Below, piece by piece: positions 57,589 to 64,000 of a DNA stretch of 64,000 nucleotides. Each line of letters opens with the position of its first letter. The first letter of the stretch is position 1. The DNA is from Candidatus Sumerlaeota bacterium (GTDB taxonomy: Bacteria > Sumerlaeota > Sumerlaeia > MWCT01 > JAUWMI01), in assembly GCA_030613245.1 (NCBI GenBank), contig JAUWMI010000003.1:65062-129061 (forward strand), given 5' to 3'. Both the position numbers and the translations under genes were made by a program. The notes under the pieces were generated by a model, which was given only the letters and a program-made list of their open reading frames with translations, searched no databases and was not told the origin of the DNA.

Positions 57589-60500
57589 TCAGCGTTCTTC
57601 TGGTTTCGTTTTCTTTGGCCGTATAGCCGCTCTAATAGCTTGGAGCAGGTCGGCTAAGGAGTAGGGTTTTTGTAGAAAGCGAAATCCTCTTTCACGCATG
57701 AGAGGCCATTGCGATCTCTGATCCGTGTAACCACTGCACAGCAGGACGCTGAGTTCGGGTTTGCGAGAGAGGAGTTGTTCGGCCAATAGAGAACCGCTTT
57801 TATCAGGCAGCACTATGTCGCTGAAAAGCAGGTGGAAATTCCCCTTTTCTCTCTCGAAGATATTCAGCGCCTCTTTTGCATTTCCTGCATCGAATACGAC
57901 GTACCCATTTTCGCGAAGTACCCTCGTGGTAAATTCACGCACCCGTTGTTCATCCTCCACCAGCAGAATGCGTTCGCTACGGCCTTGAAGCTTTGGCAGC
58001 GAAACTATCTTCTTAATTTGAGATTTTTGTTTTATGGAAAAAGTCGGCAAGTAGACCTTGAATATTGAGCCCTGCCCGGGCTCACTGTAGACATTTATCC
58101 ACCCCTCGTGTTGTTTCACAATACCATAGACTACGGAAAGGCCAAGTCCGGTTCCCTTTTCACCCTTTTTGGTGGTAAAAAAAGGTTCGAAGATGTGCGG
58201 GATGATTTCTTTATCCATGCCGCTTCCTGTATCAGCAACTGATAGACGAACGAATTTTCCGGGGCGCGCTTCGGGGACGAGCGTACAGTAATCTTCGTCC
58301 AGGGTCACGTTTTCGGTCTTGATAGTGAGCTTACCGCCCTCAGGCATAGGAATGGCGTCGCGGGCGTTGACGGCGAGATTCATGATGACCTGCTCGATCT
58401 GCCCGCGGTCTGCTTTCACGCGATCGAGATTGGCTTCGAGAAGGGTAACCATGTCAATGTCCTCGCCGATCAGATGACGCAGCATCTTCTCCATGTCGGT
58501 GATCACGGCGTTGAGGTCCAGCGCCATGGGTTGGAGCACCTGCCTGCGGCTGAGGACAAGAAGCTGCCGGGTCAGCGAGGCAGCTGCCTCCGCGGCCTTA
58601 TAAATCTCTTCGATGTCCTTGCGCAGTGGGTCTTGATCGCTTACCCGATTTAGCAGGAGCTCGGTGTAACCGGTGATGGCTGTCAGCAGGTTGTTGAAGT
58701 CGTGTGCTACCCCGCCTGCCAGTCTTCCTATTGCTTCCATCTTCTGCGACTGACGCAGCTGCTCCTCGCTGGTACGGAGCGCCTCCTCCGCCTGCTTGCG
58801 CTCGGTGATGTCCTGCAAGATGCCGAGCGAAGCTATGACTTTCCCCGTTTTTTTATCAAAAATAGGCAAAGAACAGTCGCTCAGCCATTTTTCTTCACCC
58901 TTTGGTGTGCTAATTTTAATATCGCATTTATATCTGTTTAGCTCACCTCTTCGAAATGCCCTTGCACATTCAAATGGATCAGATGGGGCTTCCGGATCCG
59001 CTACCATGCGTTCTTTTATAAGTTTGCCAAAATTTTTCTTGGTTAGCTCATTAGGAGGGATTCCAAGAAGTTCCTCACAACCTTTACCGAAGAATTCGAA
59101 AGTGCCATCGCCGTAATTAAGGCGATAAGGAACTCCCTGTGTGTTTTCAATTACCTCCCTATAAATTTGATGCACATGTTTTAATTCTTCCTCGGCCTGC
59201 TTGCGCTCGGTGACGTCCTGCAAGATACCCAGGGATCCAACAACTTTTCCCTGTGTATCCTTTAACTGCACGGCAGAATCTGAGATCCAGCGTGTTTGCC
59301 CGTCGCGCGTCAGAATACGGTAGTCAGCTTGCCACTTATGAACCTGGCCGGCCTGAGCTCGTCGGAGGGCTTCCTCGAACTCCACTCCAGCCAGCTCACC
59401 CCGAAGAATATTCTCCTGAGCTATTTTGTAAAGGACACCGGCATTGAATTCTTCGAGTGAATATCCAGTGAGCTCGGTGATCCCTTCTCCCACGAAAGTA
59501 AAAGCACCAAGACGGTGGTCGCGCTGGTAGGGCACCCCCTGTGCAAAGCTAATGGCTTTGCGGTAGATTTCCTCCGATTTTCGGAGATTCTCCTCGGCCG
59601 TTAGTCTTGATAACGCAACACCCACAACATTAGCGACATCTGCAAAAAGCTCAAGATCAGCACTATTGTACGCGTTGTACGTATAGCTCTGCACGGTAAC
59701 GATTCCTTTTGTCTCTCCTTTGTAACACATTGGAGCAAACATGAGGGAAGCGGAAAGCCGGCTGGTATCTCCGAAGGGGACAAGTTTTGTCGCGGTTCCT
59801 TCATCAGGTTTTCGCAGTTCAATGATCGGCTCACCGGTTTTAAATATGCTCAACAAAGGATTATTTTCTAGTGGGAATGTTCTATTCGCTTCCCAGATTT
59901 TGAATTTCCCATCAATGATATCTGCCTGCAAGACCGAAACCAGCTCATTCGTTGCAGGGTTACAGATAACGAATGAGAACGCATCAACCGGCATCACATT
60001 CGAAAGCGACTGGAGAGTAGAACGAGCCAGTTCCTGCAGTTGGTCGGCATCCATGGCCAACTGTGCCGCTTTGTGAACAGTAGCAATATGGCGCATTTTA
60101 CTGCGCGTCTCTTCCTCGGCCCGCTTGCGCTCGGTGATGTCAGTAACCATCCACAGACAACCAACATATCGCTCTTCTTTGTCTAAAAGGAGTTTGGTTG
60201 AAACAATCGCCCATAGCTCCGTACCGTCCTTACGCCGGAACTTAAAATCGTGGCGTTCTGCGACCCTCTTGCAGTGAGGCTTTATAAGAGTGGTTTCTGA
60301 AATAGCATGCCATTCGTCGTCCGTAAAAGCAAACAATGGTTTGCCAATCATCTCTCCCACGGTGTACCCCAGCATCTCGGCCATCTTGGAGTTTGTAAAT
60401 ACCGTCATATGATCAGCGTCGAGAACCCAGATACCTTCGTTCGCAGTCTCCACGATGTGACGATAACGCTCTTCGCTCTTCCCGAGGGCTTCCTCTGCCC

Positions 60501-61101
60501 GCTTGCGCTCGCTGATGTCTCGTTGAAGTTGTACGTTGATTTTTCTTAGTTCTGCTGTGCGTTCTTCTACCAGCTCCTCAAGGTGTTCGCGATGTTTCCT
60601 TAGATCCTCCGCCGCGCGCTTGCGCTCGGTGATGTCCGAGAACACGCCGTCAGCATATAGCATATGGTCTTTTTCGTAGGTAGCCACTGCCCTGTCGTGC
60701 AACCAGATCCACTTTCTATCTTTTCTCTTGATCCTGTACTCAATATCAAACCGTGTCCCTTTTTCAAATAGTTCTTTATACGCTTCTTTCACATTCTTAA
60801 TGTCATCAGGATGGATTCTCTCAAACCAGAGACGATCACCTCCCTTATAAATTTCTTCTGGAGTGTACCCATAAACTGTCTCTACATTTGGACTGATAAA
60901 GGTACTATTGCCTTCACGATCGGTCGTCCATGTAACATCCGGGATGTTTGAAACAAGCAAACGATATTTCTTCTCGCTCTGCCTAAGTGCTTCCGCTGCC
61001 TGCTTGCGCTCGGTCTCAGCCTGCTCGAGTTCTGCTACACGCTGACGCAGCTGTTTCAACTCCTCCATCGGTCGAGCCTTCGTCTTTCTCTCTTGCTTCA
61101 T
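57589..61101 (-). CDS. hybrid sensor histidine kinase (PAS-PAS-GAF-PAS-PAS-HisKA-HATPase-REC)
   Basis: DITERK linkers, AGGVAHDFNNLL, NL.VNARDA, DTGSGM, FEPFFTTK, GTGLGL, C-terminal receiver. Confidence 0.95.
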   Translation of the reverse strand: MKQERKTKARPMEELKQLRQRVAELEQAETERKQAAEALRQSEKKYRLLVSNIPDVTWTTDREGNSTFISPNVETVYGYTPEEIYKGGDRLWFERIHPDDIKNVKEAYKELFEKGTRFDIEYRIKRKDRKWIWLHDRAVATYEKDHMLYADGVFSDITERKRAAEDLRKHREHLEELVEERTAELRKINVQLQRDISERKRAEEALGKSEERYRHIVETANEGIWVLDADHMTVFTNSKMAEMLGYTVGEMIGKPLFAFTDDEWHAISETTLIKPHCKRVAERHDFKFRRKDGTELWAIVSTKLLLDKEERYVGCLWMVTDITERKRAEEETRSKMRHIATVHKAAQLAMDADQLQELARSTLQSLSNVMPVDAFSFVICNPATNELVSVLQADIIDGKFKIWEANRTFPLENNPLLSIFKTGEPIIELRKPDEGTATKLVPFGDTSRLSASLMFAPMCYKGETKGIVTVQSYTYNAYNSADLELFADVANVVGVALSRLTAEENLRKSEEIYRKAISFAQGVPYQRDHRLGAFTFVGEGITELTGYSLEEFNAGVLYKIAQENILRGELAGVEFEEALRRAQAGQVHKWQADYRILTRDGQTRWISDSAVQLKDTQGKVVGSLGILQDVTERKQAEEELKHVHQIYREVIENTQGVPYRLNYGDGTFEFFGKGCEELLGIPPNELTKKNFGKLIKERMVADPEAPSDPFECARAFRRGELNRYKCDIKISTPKGEEKWLSDCSLPIFDKKTGKVIASLGILQDITERKQAEEALRTSEEQLRQSQKMEAIGRLAGGVAHDFNNLLTAITGYTELLLNRVSDQDPLRKDIEEIYKAAEAAASLTRQLLVLSRRQVLQPMALDLNAVITDMEKMLRHLIGEDIDMVTLLEANLDRVKADRGQIEQVIMNLAVNARDAIPMPEGGKLTIKTENVTLDEDYCTLVPEARPGKFVRLSVADTGSGMDKEIIPHIFEPFFTTKKGEKGTGLGLSVVYGIVKQHEGWINVYSEPGQGSIFKVYLPTFSIKQKSQIKKIVSLPKLQGRSERILLVEDEQRVREFTTRVLRENGYVVFDAGNAKEALNIFEREKGNFHLLFSDIVLPDKSGSLLAEQLLSRKPELSVLLCSGYTDQRSQWPLMRERGFRFLQKPYSLADLLQAIRAAIRPKKTKPEER

Positions 61102-61133
61102 CTTTCGGCCCTCCTCATCAGCACTTAGATCGC

Positions 61134-62525
61134 CTATTCCGACTGATCGCCCCCTGCCTGTCTTCTCTTCTCCTCATACATTCGCATATCCGCTTTGGTC
61201 AAGGCTTCTTCCAAGGATTCAGAGCCGTCAGGACTCCAGTAGGCTGTGCCGATAGATAACGTAACAGGGAAGCCCAGCAGTTCGTTCATCTCATTCGGGC
61301 GAGTCATTTTCTCGATGATTCGCTGCTTTACTACTTTTGCTTCACCGTCAGTCTCAATCAGCACGATTAAGAACTCATCCCCACCGTAGCGGACCACAGT
61401 GTCAGTTTCCCTTACTGCTTTTACCAGCCAAGATGCTACCACTTGGAGAACCTTATCCCCCGTCTGGTGGCCGAATCGGTCGTTGATCTCCTTGAACCCG
61501 TTGACATCTAACATCAGGAAACCGATGGAGTGCTTATATCTCTCGGAGCGTTTGTTCTCTTGTTCCAGTACCTGGTTGAGGTAATTGCGGTTGTAGACGC
61601 CGGTCAGGGAGTCATGGATAGCCTGCTGTTTAAGCTCGTTCTGCAGATGAATTCGTTTCAGCGCTCCCTCAGCGTGGCCGAGTAGCAGCTCGACCAGCCG
61701 TGCGTCATCTTCAGTAAAGGCATCGGGCTCGGTGGATAGAGCCTGGAATACACCGATGTCGCCGATAGGTGCGATGATCCCGGACTTGAAGTCTCCCCGT
61801 TTCAGCCTTGCCTCGGTGACTTTATCCAGGCTGCCAAAGACGTAGGTCTTACCGGTGCGGTAGGTCTTTCCGGCTATCCCCTCATCGAGGTCGCTTTCCA
61901 TGCTTGCTTCAGAGGGTAGTTGGGATGATGTAGCCTTAACCACCATCTTGTTTCCTTCTACTATGTCCAGGGTGCAGATGGAGAAGTCAAGGATCCGCTC
62001 TGATGCATTGACAGTCAGTTGATATACTTCCTCTTCGGTTTCACAGGTCTCCAGATGTCGAGCTGTTTCATGAAGACTTTCTATCTTCTGCTTCGACTCT
62101 CGCAGCGCCTCCACTGCTTGCTGCTTCTCTTGGGCGAGACGATACTTATGGAGCACTTGTTCGATCACCACGGGCAGCAATTCAAGGAACCCTCCCTCGA
62201 CGTCTTTGGCGATGTAATCGCTTGCTCCCAGTTTCATGGCCTCCACGGCGATCTCCTCATTTCCGGCGCCAGTGACCATAATCGTGGGCGGTAGCGGACC
62301 CTGTGAAACCATGGTGCGAATCACTTCCAGCCCATCATGCACGGGCATTGATTGATCCACTAGCACCACGTCGCAGGAGCCCCTGGCGTACATGCGCAGG
62401 CCCTCTTCGCCGTCGCGGGCGAGGACTACGACGTAGCCCGCTCGCTCAAGCTTTTTTTGCGCAAGACGGGCGATTCCCTCGTCGTCTTCCATATAGAGAA
62501 TGCGAACAGGTTTCGATTTGGCCAT
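61134..62525 (-). CDS. REC-GAF-GGDEF diguanylate cyclase
   Basis: N-terminal receiver, DSLTGVYNR, FKEINDRFGH..GD, I-site RETD, RYGGDEF. Confidence 0.93.
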   Translation of the reverse strand: MAKSKPVRILYMEDDEGIARLAQKKLERAGYVVVLARDGEEGLRMYARGSCDVVLVDQSMPVHDGLEVIRTMVSQGPLPPTIMVTGAGNEEIAVEAMKLGASDYIAKDVEGGFLELLPVVIEQVLHKYRLAQEKQQAVEALRESKQKIESLHETARHLETCETEEEVYQLTVNASERILDFSICTLDIVEGNKMVVKATSSQLPSEASMESDLDEGIAGKTYRTGKTYVFGSLDKVTEARLKRGDFKSGIIAPIGDIGVFQALSTEPDAFTEDDARLVELLLGHAEGALKRIHLQNELKQQAIHDSLTGVYNRNYLNQVLEQENKRSERYKHSIGFLMLDVNGFKEINDRFGHQTGDKVLQVVASWLVKAVRETDTVVRYGGDEFLIVLIETDGEAKVVKQRIIEKMTRPNEMNELLGFPVTLSIGTAYWSPDGSESLEEALTKADMRMYEEKRRQAGGDQSE

Positions 62526-62530
62526 GGACT

Positions 62531-62974
62531 TCACTCCTCATTCGGTGCAGAAACAATTGTTAGGAATAATCCCAGCTTGTGGATTGCATCGGCGAACTCC
62601 TCATATTCCACCGGTTTGGTGATGTAGACGTTGCAGCCACTGTTGTAGCACCGGGATACTTCGCGGGTGTCATCCGTGGTGGTCAAGATGATCACCGGGA
62701 TGCGTTTGGAGCGCTCATCCGCCTTCATGCGGTCAAGCACCTGGTAGCCGTCGAGCACCGGCAGATTCAGGTCGAGCAGTACCAACAGAGGTGAGGCGCG
62801 CTCGGTCCCCGTGTACTCACCCTCGCTGAACACGTAGTCGAGCGCTTGCTGCCCGTCGCCGACTGTGATGATATGGTTCGTTATGTTCGAGCGACGCAGG
62901 TTCTTCTCGATCAGACGGGCATGTCCCGAGTCGTCTTCCACCAACAGAATGGACACCTCCTGCATCTTAGACAT
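62531..62974 (-). CDS. single-domain response regulator (Rcp1-like)
   Basis: ILLVEDD, LLDLNLP..DG, IPVIILTT, YITKP. True start at MSKMQEV. Confidence 0.92.
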   Translation of the reverse strand: MSKMQEVSILLVEDDSGHARLIEKNLRRSNITNHIITVGDGQQALDYVFSEGEYTGTERASPLLVLLDLNLPVLDGYQVLDRMKADERSKRIPVIILTTTDDTREVSRCYNSGCNVYITKPVEYEEFADAIHKLGLFLTIVSAPNEE

Positions 62975-64000
62975 TTTCGCCTCCTTTTTCAAGATAGTTC
63001 GAGATTGTGAAAGTGAATGTCGTCCCCACCCCCAGTTTGGATTCACACCAGATGCGCCCGCCGTGGCGACGCACCAGGGTTTGCACGTAGAGCAGGCCCA
63101 TGCCTTCGCCGGGGATGTCCTGCCTTCCGGCTCGGCGGAAAAGCGCAAACACCTTGTCTATGTCCTCCTCTGAGATACCCCGCCCGTTGTCCCGGACGCG
63201 GAAAGTCGTTTCGTCGTCGCCGCGTTCAGCGGTGATCTCGATCTCCCCGGGGCGGCCAGGGTCGAGATATTTCACGGCATTGTCCAAGATGTTGCCCATG
63301 ATCTGCTCCATCGAGATCCGGTCGGTGACCATTTCCGGCAAATGTCCCACGGTCACCTTCACCTGGCGTTCCTCGATCTGGTGGGCCAGAGTCTTCAAGG
63401 TCGCCTGGACAAGGGCGTGCATATCAATAGGCTCAAGCTTGAGCTCACGGCGGCCCAAACGAGACAACTTTAAGAGGGCATTGATAAAGCGGTCCATGCG
63501 GATCGCGGAGGAGTCTATAAAATCCAGGGCTTCCGGTACATCTTCCTCGAGAGCCTTGGTTACGGCCTGCCGCTGTCCCTCGTCCAGGTGCGGCAAAGCC
63601 GCGTTCATCGAGGGGCCAATCAACTCCAGGGCGAAACGAAGTTCAGCGGCAAAGCCTTTCATGTTGAGCAGCGGAGCCCGTAGGTCATGGGAGACAGCGT
63701 AGGTGAAAGTCTTGAGTTCCTCGTTGGCCTGCTCCAATTCGGCGGCATAGCGTTGTATCTGTTCCTCCGCCTGCTTGCGTTCGGTGATGTCGCGGATAAT
63801 CGCAACCGCCCACCAGCTCCCCTTAACCATTATGGATGACACCGATATTTCCATTGGGAATTCTGAGCCATCCTTGCGCAAGGCAGTTAGCTCGAGGACC
63901 TTGCCGACCGCAGGACCTTGCCCCGTCTTCTTGAACCCCTCAATTCCCTTCTTGTAGGCTTCATGGTACTTACGAGGAGCAAGCGCTTCGTGTACGTCCT
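62967..64000 (-). CDS. PAS sensor histidine kinase (5-prime end beyond the window)
   Basis: SHDLRAPL, N..DNAVKY, DNGRGI, G.GMGL. The frame stays open through a PAS domain to the window end. Confidence 0.93.
   Translation of the reverse strand, partial: DVHEALAPRKYHEAYKKGIEGFKKTGQGPAVGKVLELTALRKDGSEFPMEISVSSIMVKGSWWAVAIIRDITERKQAEEQIQRYAAELEQANEELKTFTYAVSHDLRAPLLNMKGFAAELRFALELIGPSMNAALPHLDEGQRQAVTKALEEDVPEALDFIDSSAIRMDRFINALLKLSRLGRRELKLEPIDMHALVQATLKTLAHQIEERQVKVTVGHLPEMVTDRISMEQIMGNILDNAVKYLDPGRPGEIEITAERGDDETTFRVRDNGRGISEEDIDKVFALFRRAGRQDIPGEGMGLLYVQTLVRRHGGRIWCESKLGVGTTFTFTISNYLEKGGENV

Noticed and set aside
1..64000. CRISPR array, tRNA, rRNA, transposase, integrase
   Set aside because: No regularly spaced repeat-spacer series, cloverleaf or T-loop signature, or catalytic motifs were seen by eye.

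Overview
Bacterial chromosomal window, mostly ~50-55% GC with a few AT-richer patches. The gene content suggests an anaerobe with a diderm-like secretome. The short C-terminal W-x-L-Y tails and unusual extracellular domains remind me of Sumerlaeota/BRC1-like genomes, but I cannot verify that here. Housekeeping content: carB (partial)/carA; an Opp-type peptide ABC operon interleaved with GT-C membrane proteins; SppA; NamZ; S41 and M6 proteases; D-cysteine desulfhydrase family; YmdB; YfhO-DUF1611-epimerase; a sugar ABC cluster; a GldA/F/G-DUF4340 ABC exporter; and a PAS/GGDEF signalling cluster. Most notable: (1) a family of modular secreted-protein genes sharing a 61-bp recombination-like linker, a 14-bp unit-boundary motif, loop-focused variation and swappable C-termini; (2) a candidate C-terminal sorting tail (W-x-L-Y-x-stop); (3) a Rieske/cytochrome b - octaheme HAO-like - Hcp operon whose cytochrome b has an in-frame TAG; (4) a helically phased array of six DnaA-box-like 9-mers with no dnaA gene in the window; (5) a MITE with a 10-bp target duplication and several REP-like families; (6) a 315-bp duplicated gene end flanking a low-GC orphan; (7) an FRG-domain gene followed by a very basic 46-aa ORF missing from the ORF track. 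I saw no tRNA, rRNA, CRISPR array, transposase or integrase. All product calls come from motif recognition by eye, not database searches.
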